Positions 47,202 to 55,968 of a stretch of 64,000 bases of DNA are shown piece after piece. Each line of letters begins with the position of its first letter. Position 1 is the first letter of the stretch. The notes under the pieces were generated by a model. That model ran no database searches and had not been told where the DNA came from. It was given only the letters and a program-made list of their open reading frames with translations. The DNA lies in assembly GCA_902470805.1 (NCBI GenBank), contig CABRHX010000006.1, positions 30,166 through 94,165 of the forward strand, given 5' to 3'. Source of the stretch: an uncultured Collinsella sp. (lineage in GTDB: Bacteria; Actinomycetota; Coriobacteriia; Coriobacteriales; Coriobacteriaceae). The translations under genes were made by a program, and so were the position numbers.

Positions 47202-48139
47202 TGGTTTCTCCCGGGGCAGGTCTTTCCGCCGTTGCGATCGTCGGTCCGACGGCGGTTGGTAAGAGTGATGTTGCCGACCGTTTGGCGGCTCGTCTTTCGT
47301 CCGAAGTGCTGTCGTGCGATGCGATGCAAATCTATCGCGGCATGGACATCGGTACCGCAAAGATGGCGCCCGATGAGTGCACGGCGCCGCTGCGTCTCGT
47401 CGACATTGTAGAGCCGGGTGTGGCGTACTCTGCGGCGCTTTATCAGGCTGACGCTCGCGCGCATGTTGAGCGTTTGCTTGGCGAGGGCCGCCTACCGGTG
47501 TTTTGCGGGGGCACAGGCTTGTATCTCAAGGCCGCCCTGGATGAGATGGATTTTCCCTCGGGCGAGCTTGAGGACGATCGTCGCGCGGGGTATCAGGAAC
47601 TTGCCGAGCGTATTGGCGAGGAAGAACTGCATGCTCTGCTTGCCGAGCGCGATCCAGAATCGGCTGCTGTTATTCATCCCCATAACGTGCGCCGTGTGAT
47701 TCGTGCGCTCGAGATGCATGATGATGGTATCTCCTATGCAAAGCAAAAAAGTCAGTTTAGTGTTCCGCGCGAGCATTATCATGCTCTATGGTTTGGTCTG
47801 ACGCGTAATCGCGAGGTTCTCTACGAGCGCATTAACCTGCGTGTCGATCTGATGTTTGAGCAGGGTCTTGTCGATGAGGTCCGCGGTCTTATGGACCAGG
47901 GGCTGGGAGATGCCCTGACGTCGATGCAGGCAATTGGTTATAAAGAGATCATTGATGCTTTCAATGGCGTGATTTCTATGGATGAGGCTCGCGAACTCAT
48001 TAAGATGCGTTCGCGTCGCTATGCCAAACGTCAGCTTTCGTGGTTTAAACGCGATGACCGCGTCGTGTGGTTCGATATGGACGAGTTTACGATCGATGAG
48101 GTCGTTGAGGACATCCTGCATCGTATTGAGGCTGCCTAA
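47201..48139 (+). CDS. miaA: tRNA dimethylallyltransferase
   Basis: P-loop GPTAVGKSDVA and SCDAMQIYRGMDIGTAK. TAATG overlap with miaB. Confidence 0.92.
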   Translation: MVSPGAGLSAVAIVGPTAVGKSDVADRLAARLSSEVLSCDAMQIYRGMDIGTAKMAPDECTAPLRLVDIVEPGVAYSAALYQADARAHVERLLGEGRLPVFCGGTGLYLKAALDEMDFPSGELEDDRRAGYQELAERIGEEELHALLAERDPESAAVIHPHNVRRVIRALEMHDDGISYAKQKSQFSVPREHYHALWFGLTRNREVLYERINLRVDLMFEQGLVDEVRGLMDQGLGDALTSMQAIGYKEIIDAFNGVISMDEARELIKMRSRRYAKRQLSWFKRDDRVVWFDMDEFTIDEVVEDILHRIEAA

Positions 48140-49428
48140 TGGCCCGTTTTCCCCTTGTTCCCACGGCACCCGAGCCCGAGCGTGCCATATTAGTTGGTGT
48201 TGAGTGGCGCGACAATGCGTGGCCGCTTGATCGTTCGCTTGACGAGCTTGAGCGCCTAGCCCATACGGCTGGCGCCCAGTGTGTGGCGCGTTTGTCACAG
48301 CGTCTGGTTAAGCCGTATCCAAAATCGTTTATCGGTTCCGGTAAGGTTGAAGAGCTGTGCGGCCTGGTGCATCGTATGGATGCCGATGTCGTTATTTTTG
48401 ACGACGACCTGACGCCCTCGCAGCAATCCTATTTGGAGAAAGCCGTGGGCGAGCCGGTAAAGATTATCGATCGTACGGCACTGATCTTGGATATCTTTGG
48501 CCTGCATGCTCAGACGCGTGAGGGACGCCTACAGGTACAGCTGGCGCAGCTTCAATATCTGTTGCCTCGTCTGCGTGGCATGTGGAGCCATCTTGCCAAG
48601 GAACAGACGCGCGGCGGCATCGGCTCACGCTTTGGTCAGGGTGAAAGCCAGCTCGAGGTCGACCGTCGCTTGATTCGCAATAAGATTGCCGCGCTTCGTC
48701 GTGAGCTTAAGCAGGTTGAACAGCGTCGCGATGTCCAGTCCAAGAGCCGTATTGAGTCTCCGGCGTTTCGCGTCGCGTTAGCCGGTTATACCAATGCCGG
48801 TAAATCGACGTTGCTCAATCGCCTGACCGGCTCTACGGTACTTTCGCAGGACAAGCTGTTTGCTACGCTCGACCCGACGACGCGTTCGTATCGCCTGCCC
48901 GGCGGTCGCGGCATGACGATTACCGATACCGTCGGCTTTATTCAAAAGCTACCGCATGGTTTGGTCGATGCCTTTAAATCGACGCTGTCCGAGGTGTTGG
49001 GTGCCGATTTAATTCTCAAAGTTGTAGATGCGTCTGACGAGGACTATGAGCGACAGCTGGAGGCTGTCGACCGCGTGCTTGATGAGATCGGCGCTGGAGA
49101 GCGTTTAACGCTGACCGTATTCAATAAGATCGATCTTTTGGATAGTGTTGATCGATTGAGCTTCCGTCGTCGCTATCCCGAGGCCGTTCTGTTCTCGGCC
49201 CAGACGGGCGAGGGACTCGACGATCTCGTCGACCGTATTGCTCGTGAGGCGGCTGCTACCGATGTGTTGCTCTCTGCTGATATCCCGTATCGTGAGGGCG
49301 CCCTCATCACGCTGGTGCATGAGCAGGGAACCCTTTTGCACGAGGAATATCTTGAGGACGGCGTCCGTATTGTGGCGAAGCTGCCGGCCCGTATCGCGCC
49401 GCGGCTCGAGCGTTATCGCACTGAGTAG
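48139..49428 (+). CDS. hflX: GTPase HflX
   Basis: HflX N-domain and G1 GYTNAGKSTLLNRLT, DTVGF, NKID. Confidence 0.92.
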   Translation: MARFPLVPTAPEPERAILVGVEWRDNAWPLDRSLDELERLAHTAGAQCVARLSQRLVKPYPKSFIGSGKVEELCGLVHRMDADVVIFDDDLTPSQQSYLEKAVGEPVKIIDRTALILDIFGLHAQTREGRLQVQLAQLQYLLPRLRGMWSHLAKEQTRGGIGSRFGQGESQLEVDRRLIRNKIAALRRELKQVEQRRDVQSKSRIESPAFRVALAGYTNAGKSTLLNRLTGSTVLSQDKLFATLDPTTRSYRLPGGRGMTITDTVGFIQKLPHGLVDAFKSTLSEVLGADLILKVVDASDEDYERQLEAVDRVLDEIGAGERLTLTVFNKIDLLDSVDRLSFRRRYPEAVLFSAQTGEGLDDLVDRIAREAAATDVLLSADIPYREGALITLVHEQGTLLHEEYLEDGVRIVAKLPARIAPRLERYRTE

Positions 49429-50116
49429 ACGAGCTCCAAAATGCCCAGAATGATGGGCTGATGCAGCAGATAAAAGGGGAGTGCATGACGTCCAAGGCTG
49501 GCGAGCGCCGGGACGGGATTGGCGTAGGCCCAGCTTGGGGCGGGATGTTCACATCTTTGAGCGGTGCGCGCAGCGAAGTATCCTGTGAGGTACATGAATA
49601 TAAACGGGATGATTGGATAATAGTCGCCTGAAACGAACCAAGGCCGGGAAATCCTAGCCACGCCAAATAGGGGAATGAATAGGTCGATTTCGGGATGCCC
49701 CATGTCGCTGCGAAGAGAGCGAGGCATATCGCAATGCCCCACGTGCTAGGTACTTTCTTAAGCATCGGTCGTGCTACGGCTGCCACAGCGGTACACGCCG
49801 CCATGCAATAAATGATGCCAAAGTTCACTGAATCGTCGACCGATACGAGCGTTGTTACAATCCAGACGACCAAAGCTGCGGCAGCGTATTTGGCCGCTCG
49901 TTTAGCATTGTTGCGTGAGAGCGTGCACATCCAACCCGCGATAAACAAAAATATCCAGCTGATGCTGGCGCGCCAGATGTCTTGAAAGACAGTCTGGGTA
50001 AACCAGGGCATATCCCAGTCGTACAGGTAGGCGAAATCGTAGCAAGCGTGAAAACCTGCCATTGAAATCATCGTAAACCCGCGGACGGTATCAAAGATGG
50101 TGATGCGTTTTTGCAT
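49413..50116 (-). pseudogene. DUF1624 / heparan-alpha-glucosaminide N-acetyltransferase-like membrane protein, interrupted by a 1-nt frameshift near 49641-49648
   Basis: N-terminal part lies in the frame of ORF 49307..50116 (RITIFDTVRGFTMISMAGFHACYDF...YLAWLGFPG). C-terminal part lies in the frame of ORF 49413..49742 (WFVSGDYYPIIPFIFMYLTGYF...LGRHALPFYLLHQPIILG). The span is 704 nt, not a multiple of 3. Its ATG overlaps the lexA stop (TAATG). Confidence 0.7.
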
Positions 50117-50760
50117 TACGAGAACCGGCGCATCAAGCCGACGACTTTGCCCAAGATAACGGGATTCGTTGCATAGATAGGCTCCATGGTGTCATTCTCA
50201 GGCTGCAGGCGTACGCGTCCTTGCTCCTTGTAGAACGTCTTGACGGTCGCTGAACCATCAATCATGGCCACGACAATTTCGCCGTTCATGGCACTCTTTT
50301 GTTCACGGACGATGATGTAATCGCCATTGAAGATGCCGACATTGATCATTGAGCTCCCATGTACCTCAAGGATAAAGGAACCCTGGTCAGTGGCGATTTC
50401 GGTCGGGATTGTAAAAGTGTCTTCGATATTCTGCTCGGCCAGAATGGGAATCCCTGCCGCGACGCGACCAACGAGCGGTAGCGAGACCGTTCCGCGAGGT
50501 GCGGTGGGCTCGTCAGATTTAGAAATTGAGACAGAGGAACCGTCCTCGTTAAAGAGTTCCAGGGCGCGCGGTTTAGTGGCATCGCGCTTGAGTAGCCCGC
50601 GCGCCTCCAGGGCAGATAGATGGGCGTGCACGGTGCTGGGGGAGGAAAGGCCCACAGCAGAAGCCATCTCGCGCACGCTGGGCGGATAACCCTTCTCCTG
50701 CTGATATTCCTTGATGAAGTCGTAAATTTGCTGCTGACGCTTGGTAGTTTTGCGAGCCAT
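50116..50760 (-). CDS. lexA: SOS repressor LexA
   Basis: wHTH (YPPSVREMASAVGLSSPSTVHAHLSALEARGLLKRD) and S24 peptidase domain (GSSM..., IVVAMIDGSATVKTF). Confidence 0.95.
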   Translation of the reverse strand: MARKTTKRQQQIYDFIKEYQQEKGYPPSVREMASAVGLSSPSTVHAHLSALEARGLLKRDATKPRALELFNEDGSSVSISKSDEPTAPRGTVSLPLVGRVAAGIPILAEQNIEDTFTIPTEIATDQGSFILEVHGSSMINVGIFNGDYIIVREQKSAMNGEIVVAMIDGSATVKTFYKEQGRVRLQPENDTMEPIYATNPVILGKVVGLMRRFS

Positions 50761-50811
50761 CAGGGCATCCTCTCTACCCATGTCAAACAAATGTTCGAAT
50801 TTTGCTTGACA

Positions 50812-50825
50812 GGAACAACTGTTCG
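50812..50825. promoter_or_regulatory. LexA box GGAACAACTGTTCG
   Basis: GAAC-N4-GTTC in the lexA / LysM divergent intergenic region. Confidence 0.7.
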
Positions 50826-50839
50826 AAGATAATAATAAC

Positions 50840-50853
50840 CGAACATTCGTTCT
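50840..50853. promoter_or_regulatory. LexA box CGAACATTCGTTCT
   Basis: Second GAAC-N4-GTTC, 68 nt upstream of the LysM gene ATG. Confidence 0.7.
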
Positions 50854-50920
50854 CGCGCTAGACATTTTTGTCCGCGCGGCTTGATAAAACTGTTCTCAGC
50901 AAAACACGCGAGAGGAGAAC

Positions 50921-51373
50921 ATGATGAACGCAACGAATATGGTCCAGGGAAACCTCGCCCTTAAGCTCGAGACGCCTGCAGAACCCACTTTTACGGTTGT
51001 TCAGGGTGGCCGCTCCAGCTTTCAGCCTTTGACCGTAAAGCCTGCTCGCAATCAGCAGGCTGCAGTCGCGCCGGCCCGCGTTGCCCTGAAGGTTCCGACG
51101 ATTGTCGCCGTTGCCGTTGCGCTTACGCTCTTCTTTGTCCTCGCTACGTCGGTCTTTAGCGCGCGTCACGCCGCGTATGCCGAGTCCGTTTCCAACGTTA
51201 CCTACGAGACCATTCGCGTTCAGCCTGGCGATTCTCTTTGGTCGCTTGCCGAGGAATATCCAATCGAAGGCCTTTCCACGCAAGAGACTTCCGACATGAT
51301 CCGTAACGTCAATCATCTGGAGCATGGTTCGCTCGCCGCCGGTGCGCATCTTAAGGTTCCTGCTCGTTCGTAA
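50921..51373 (+). CDS. LysM-domain membrane protein, probable SOS-induced division inhibitor (YneA/ChiZ analogue)
   Basis: One TM (VPTIVAVAVALTLFFVLATSVF) plus a C-terminal LysM (YETIRVQPGDSLWSLAEEY...NHLEHGSLAAGAHLKVP). Divergent from lexA, with two LexA boxes between them. Confidence 0.75.
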   Translation: MMNATNMVQGNLALKLETPAEPTFTVVQGGRSSFQPLTVKPARNQQAAVAPARVALKVPTIVAVAVALTLFFVLATSVFSARHAAYAESVSNVTYETIRVQPGDSLWSLAEEYPIEGLSTQETSDMIRNVNHLEHGSLAAGAHLKVPARS

Positions 51374-51424
51374 TCATTATCGCGCTGCGCATGGTACCCT
51401 TGTTATCGTTTAAGAGGAGGTACC

Positions 51425-51868
51425 ATGCGCTGTCCCAAATGCGGCAAGGCACATACCCGCGTCGTTGATTCCCGTATGCAGGAGTCTAATAACACCATTA
51501 AGCGCCGTCGCGAATGTTGCTCGTGTAACTATCGCTTTACAACGTTCGAGCGATGTGAAGACCCAATCGAGGTCATTAAGTCAGACGGAACCAAGCAGCG
51601 GTTCGATCGCAATAAGCTGCTCGTCGGCTTGATGCGCGCCACCATCAAGCGCGATATCGACACTAAGAAGCTCAATGAGATTATCGACGACATCGAGGTC
51701 GAGCTGCGCTCTCGTACGCTGACGGCCGTCACGTCGCATGAGTTGGGCGACATGGTGCTCAAACGCTTGGCCAAGATCGACAAGGTGGCGTACATCCGCT
51801 TTGCCTCGGTCTACCGCGATTTCAAAGACGTCGATGAGTTTCTGCAAGAGCTCGATAAGCTAAGGTGA
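51425..51868 (+). CDS. nrdR: transcriptional repressor NrdR
   Basis: Zn ribbon MRCPKCG...[12 protein letters not shown] plus an ATP-cone. Confidence 0.95.
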   Translation: MRCPKCGKAHTRVVDSRMQESNNTIKRRRECCSCNYRFTTFERCEDPIEVIKSDGTKQRFDRNKLLVGLMRATIKRDIDTKKLNEIIDDIEVELRSRTLTAVTSHELGDMVLKRLAKIDKVAYIRFASVYRDFKDVDEFLQELDKLR

Positions 51869-51872
51869 TTCC

Positions 51873-52316
51873 ATGTCCAACATTACCCTCAACATAAAGC
51901 GTCTCGATCCCACCGTCGAGCTTCCCAAATACGCCCATCCCACCGATGCCGGCTTGGATCTGCGCTCCAACGAGGACTGCGTTCTGAAGCCCTTCGAACG
52001 CCGTCTGGTCTCTACTGGGCTGGCCATCGCCCTGCCCGATGGCTACGCCGGCTTCGTCCAGCCCCGCAGCGGCTTGGCCATCAAGCAGGGCCTGTCTATA
52101 GTCAACACGCCGGGCCTCATCGACGCCCACTACCGAGGAGAACTTAAGGTTATCCTCATCAATCTGGATCCCACCAACAACATCCAAATCAACAAAGGCG
52201 ACCGCATAGCCCAACTTGTCATCCAAGAAGTCCCCACGGTTAACCTCATAGAAGTAGAAGAACTAGACGAAACCGACCGAGGAGCCGGCGGTTTCGGTTC
52301 TAGCGGCGTCGCTTAG
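51873..52316 (+). CDS. dut: dUTP diphosphatase
   Basis: [29 protein letters not shown] and [10 protein letters not shown] motifs. Confidence 0.93.
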   Translation: MSNITLNIKRLDPTVELPKYAHPTDAGLDLRSNEDCVLKPFERRLVSTGLAIALPDGYAGFVQPRSGLAIKQGLSIVNTPGLIDAHYRGELKVILINLDPTNNIQINKGDRIAQLVIQEVPTVNLIEVEELDETDRGAGGFGSSGVA

Positions 52317-52350
52317 TCGTTTACGTACTGTCCGCTGACCGGCCCGACCC

Positions 52351-52385
52351 GCCTATATATCATCCCATGCTCAAACATTCTCGCG
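52351..52385. repeat. partial copy (arm + box) of the dut-downstream palindromic element family (P3)
   Basis: GCCTATATATCATCCCA + TGCTCAAACATTCTCGCG matches the right half of P5 (reverse complement) and the left half of P4. Confidence 0.7.
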
Positions 52386-52402
52386 GGGGCGCTCGTATCC
52401 CT

Positions 52403-52505
52403 CCCGCCCGTCTCTCACACATATCATTCCATGCTCAAACATTCTCGCGTCGCTTCGCTCGCTGCGAAACTGCGCGTGGAACGATATGTGAGAGAGGCGG
52501 GCGGG
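52403..52505. repeat. palindromic element P4: ~29-bp imperfect arms + 45-nt core
   Basis: Arms are CCCGCCCGTCTCTCACACATATCATTCCA and TGGAACGATATGTGAGAGAGGCGGGCGGG. Core is TGCTCAAACATTCTCGCG...GCTGCGAAACTGCGCG. Confidence 0.8.
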
Positions 52506-52535
52506 CGGCTACTCGCTTGAAAAAATTTACATTCT

Positions 52536-52584
52536 AGTTAGCCGATGCGACAAAGGAATAGTCTCTTTGTCGCATCGGCTAACT
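52536..52584. terminator. 20-bp perfect hairpin between convergent dut and the glycosyltransferase gene (possible bidirectional terminator)
   Basis: AGTTAGCCGATGCGACAAAG-GAATAGTCT-CTTTGTCGCATCGGCTAACT. AAAAAA lies upstream and TTTATCTTTT downstream. Confidence 0.55.
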
Positions 52585-52662
52585 GTATTTATCTTTTCCG
52601 GTCTCGCCTTTGTTGGTTCTACTGGAGGGGAATCTAGTTTAGCTGCTAGTGCGTAAACGCAG

Positions 52663-52758
52663 CTTGCCTGTGGGGGCCTATATATCGTCCCGCGCGCAGT
52701 TTCGCAGCGTAGCGAGAATGTTTGAGCACGGGATGATATATAGGCCCCCACGGGCAAG
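52663..52758. repeat. palindromic element P5: 30-bp arms (two G-T pairs) + 36-nt core, inverted relative to P4
   Basis: Arms 52663-52692 and 52729-58. Core CGCGCAGTTTCGCAGCGTAGCGAGAATGTTTGAGCA is the reverse complement of the P4 core with a 9-nt deletion. Confidence 0.8.
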
Positions 52759-52772
52759 CGAACAGTCCGACG

Positions 52773-54074
52773 CTAGCGGATATGAGCAGGCTTCCCGCCC
52801 CAGTAGAAGCGGCAGAAGGCTCGTTTGCGCTTTTGGGGTTTGCCTACGAGCTCCATGGTTGCGATGGCGATGTCCTCCGCTGCGCGTGGGCGGCGCAGCA
52901 CTTCGCCATTGATGAGCAGTGCCTTGAGCGACTCCGGATGATTGTGCAGATGGCGCAGGGTTACGATGAGTTCTCGTGCGGTGGTGACATGCATGCTGGC
53001 GCCCATTCCGGTGAGCATGGTGGTGTTGGCCTTTTCTTGACCATATGATTTGCCCAGCAGGATCATCGGCAGATGTGCGCATAGGCACTCGGTGACCGTG
53101 AGTCCTCCCGATTTGAGGATTGCGAGGTCGCAGCCGTGCATGAGGGCCGCCATGTCGTCCACGTAGTCCAGAACCGTGACGTTTTCGAGTTTCATTGCGT
53201 CGAAGAGCGTCTTGAGTCGGGTGGCATATTCGGTGTCTTTGCCCGGCAAAAAGATAAAGTGCATGTCCTCTAAACTGCGCAGGAAGGGGAGGGTGCGGTC
53301 CATCTCCGCGCGAAAGCGGACGTACGGTTGAGGCAAACTGGCGCCGGCCATTACCAGCACAATGGTCTTGTCGACGGGGAGGTTGAACTTCTGAAGTTCT
53401 TCCTCGCGATTGTAATCCGTGTCAAACCCGGCGCGAATAGGGATGCCTGTAATGCGAATCTTTGCTTCGGGGACCTTGCGGGGGCGCAGCGTTTCGGCCA
53501 TAAACTCGTTTGCCACGCAGAATAGGTCGGTGTCCTTATGGGGCCACCAACCCTCGACCTCGTAATCGGTCGGTACGCAAATGACGGGATAGTCGATGCC
53601 CGTAATGACGCGGGCGCCGACGGCAACATTGGCTGCTGTGATGTGCGTTGCGACCACGGCTATAGGCCTGCGGCGACGAATATATTCGTTGAAGGCGGGG
53701 AACATAATACGCGACCATGCCGTGCCGCCACCCCAGAGAAGATGTCCCGTAAGCGTATATCGCCAGGTCAGGTCGTAAATGGGGCGCGTGGCTCCCGTAA
53801 AAGAAGCCGCGGTCTTATTGCCGTCGAATTTAATACGTCCAAAATCGAGGATATCCAGGACTTCGATCTCAACATCCTCAGGGATTCCCTTGGTGCCGCG
53901 GATAAGGTCAAATGCTTGTGCAATCGCGTTGGCGGCGGCCTTGTGGCCCGAGCCGACCGAGGCGTGTACGATGGTCACGAGGGGTTTTTGCTGAGCCAAG
54001 AGCGAGGTCTGCTCCGATTGGGGAGTGCTGTGCGTGGGCAGGGGAGCGTCATTGCCCATCTGCGTTTGATCCAT
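52773..54074 (-). CDS. glycosyltransferase, MGDG-synthase/UgtP-like (diacylglycerol glycosyltransferase, GT28 type)
   Basis: VHASVGSGHKAAANAI N-terminal motif, KSGGLTVTECL and GQEKANT C-terminal motifs. Confidence 0.75.
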   Translation of the reverse strand: MDQTQMGNDAPLPTHSTPQSEQTSLLAQQKPLVTIVHASVGSGHKAAANAIAQAFDLIRGTKGIPEDVEIEVLDILDFGRIKFDGNKTAASFTGATRPIYDLTWRYTLTGHLLWGGGTAWSRIMFPAFNEYIRRRRPIAVVATHITAANVAVGARVITGIDYPVICVPTDYEVEGWWPHKDTDLFCVANEFMAETLRPRKVPEAKIRITGIPIRAGFDTDYNREEELQKFNLPVDKTIVLVMAGASLPQPYVRFRAEMDRTLPFLRSLEDMHFIFLPGKDTEYATRLKTLFDAMKLENVTVLDYVDDMAALMHGCDLAILKSGGLTVTECLCAHLPMILLGKSYGQEKANTTMLTGMGASMHVTTARELIVTLRHLHNHPESLKALLINGEVLRRPRAAEDIAIATMELVGKPQKRKRAFCRFYWGGKPAHIR

Positions 54075-54191
54075 CGATAACTCCCCTTCATCTTAGTTTC
54101 GCAAGGAATCATTGTAGTGCATGAGTGTCACGTTCGTCTAAATTTGGGTATGAGCGCAAAGAACGCCAATCTTTCGACAGGAGGTCTTTTC

Positions 54192-55130
54192 ATGACTACC
54201 CATCAGCCGATCGATGTTGCTATTATCGGCGGCGGCCCTGCGGGCTATGCTGCGGCCATTTATGCGGCGCGCTCCAACCTAACGACGACCGTGATTGAAC
54301 AGGGCATGTCGGGAGGGCAGATCGCCACAACCAATGAGGTCGAGAACTATCCGGGCATTCCGCTGCTGAGCGGTGCTGAACTTGGTGAGCGGTTCCAACA
54401 ACATGCTGAAGGCTTGGGGGCTCAGGTTGAATGGAGTATGGTGACGGGCGTCGACTACGATGCCGATGCAGCGCTGTTTACGGTGCATCACGATATGGGC
54501 GATACGCTGGCCTCGAGCGTTATCGCTTGCATGGGTGCCACGCCGCGTCCGGCAGGTTTCGCTGGCGAGGATACGTATCGCGGTCGTGGCGTTTCATATT
54601 GCGCAACATGTGACGGCATGTTCTTCCGCGGCAAACAGGTCTTTGTAATCGGTGGTGGCAATTCGGCATGCGAAGAGGCTCTGTTCCTGTCAGAAATCGC
54701 CAACAGCGTGACCATCGTGCTGCGCCGCGATCAGTTTCGTGCGCCTGATGGTGTCGTTCAGAAAGTACTCGCAAAGGACAATATTACAGTTAGGTACCAA
54801 ACTAGTATTGTGGAGCTATCGGGCGAAGTCATGCCAACGACGATTACCTTTAAGAACAATGCATCCGGCGAGACTCATACCGAGTCATTTGAGCCCGGCT
54901 CGTTTGGCATCTTTGTCTTTACCGGAACGCAGCCCCATACCGAGCTCGTTGAGCATTTAGTCGATCTGGCGCCTGATGGCGGCATTCTGACTGATGAATC
55001 CATGGCGACCCGCACGCCAGGTCTATTTGCCGCTGGCGATATCCGTTCCAAACGTTTACGCCAGGTTGTGACTGCTGTTTCGGACGGAGCCATAGCAGCA
55101 ACGAGCGCATACGCGTTTCTCCGTGGATAA
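54192..55130 (+). CDS. trxB: thioredoxin-disulfide reductase
   Basis: IIGGGPAGYAAAIYAAR, redox CATCDG, GGGNSACEEA. AGGAGG SD. Confidence 0.93.
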   Translation: MTTHQPIDVAIIGGGPAGYAAAIYAARSNLTTTVIEQGMSGGQIATTNEVENYPGIPLLSGAELGERFQQHAEGLGAQVEWSMVTGVDYDADAALFTVHHDMGDTLASSVIACMGATPRPAGFAGEDTYRGRGVSYCATCDGMFFRGKQVFVIGGGNSACEEALFLSEIANSVTIVLRRDQFRAPDGVVQKVLAKDNITVRYQTSIVELSGEVMPTTITFKNNASGETHTESFEPGSFGIFVFTGTQPHTELVEHLVDLAPDGGILTDESMATRTPGLFAAGDIRSKRLRQVVTAVSDGAIAATSAYAFLRG

Positions 55131-55170
55131 GTACGATAATATTTCTTATGTAAGGTTGTTGTCTTTTAAC

Positions 55171-55215
55171 AAAGTGGTTGGACGGTGTATCAATGTGCTG
55201 TCCAACCACTTTTAC
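55171..55215 (+). terminator. terminator after trxB
   Basis: AAAGTGGTTGGAC-N16-GTCCAACCACTTT followed by T-rich sequence. Confidence 0.7.
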
Positions 55216-55284
55216 TTTCCGGTTATGTGGTATGTAAAACTAGATAACCTAGAATACAATATAGAAAATGAACGGAGGACCTTT

Positions 55285-55896
55285 ATGAACCACGTTAAAC
55301 ACGTTATTCCGATGTCTGATTCGTCGGTCAGCATTAAGCCTGAGGATATTCAGCCTACTGTGCTGCCCGATGCATTTATTCAGTCCGATATCGTACGCAA
55401 ACTCAATACGTTGAGTCTGCCGCGCTATGACCAGTTGCCCAATGTGACGCTCTACCGCGACCAGGTCATTGAGTATGTCGCGCTGTGGATGGAGCCGCTG
55501 TCCCTTTGCGTTGAGCAGCCTATCATTACGCCATCGATGGTCAATAACTACGTAAAGGTTGGCCTGGTGCCTGCTCCGGTCAAAAAGCAATATGGCCGCG
55601 AGCAAATTGCCCGCCTGATCGCTATCTGCATCTTTAAGCAGGTGCTACCTATTGCTGCGGTGCAGGCACTCTTTAACATTCAGCGTTTGAGCTACGATGC
55701 CCCGACGGCCTTCGACTATGTGGTTGATCAGCTCGAGGCATCGATTCGTTCGGCGTTTTCTGTCGAGCAGACGCCGGTTCCCGATACGGCGCATCAGGTA
55801 ACGCGTGAGTCGCTGCTTGTGCGCAGTGTGGTTTCCTCCTTCGTTTCGAAGGCTTACTTGATGAGCTATCTCAAGTTCAACGGGTTTAATAGCTAG
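55285..55896 (+). CDS. DUF1836 domain-containing protein
   Basis: LPNVTLYRDQVIEYV...ITPSMVNNYVKVGLVPAPVKKQYGREQIARLIAICIFKQVL. GGAGG SD before ATG 55285. Confidence 0.75.
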   Translation: MNHVKHVIPMSDSSVSIKPEDIQPTVLPDAFIQSDIVRKLNTLSLPRYDQLPNVTLYRDQVIEYVALWMEPLSLCVEQPIITPSMVNNYVKVGLVPAPVKKQYGREQIARLIAICIFKQVLPIAAVQALFNIQRLSYDAPTAFDYVVDQLEASIRSAFSVEQTPVPDTAHQVTRESLLVRSVVSSFVSKAYLMSYLKFNGFNS

Positions 55897-55908
55897 CCGA
55901 CGTATAAA

Positions 55909-55955
55909 ACGGGCGGGACAAAGAGCCATCTGTCGCTTTGTCCCGCCCGTATTTT
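55909..55955. terminator. bidirectional terminator between the DUF1836 gene and degV
   Basis: ACGGGCGGGACAAAG-N12-CTTTGTCCCGCCCGT, flanked by AAAA (left) and TTTT (right). Confidence 0.8.
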
Positions 55956-55968
55956 GCTTGGTTGGACT

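Noticed and set aside
52403-52758. Attempt to infer the transcribed strand of P4/P5 from G-T (wobble) versus A-C mismatches in the arms
   Set aside because: P5 has two G-T pairs on the plus strand. P4 has one mismatch that is wobble-compatible on the minus strand and one on the plus strand. The signal is inconsistent and too small to use.
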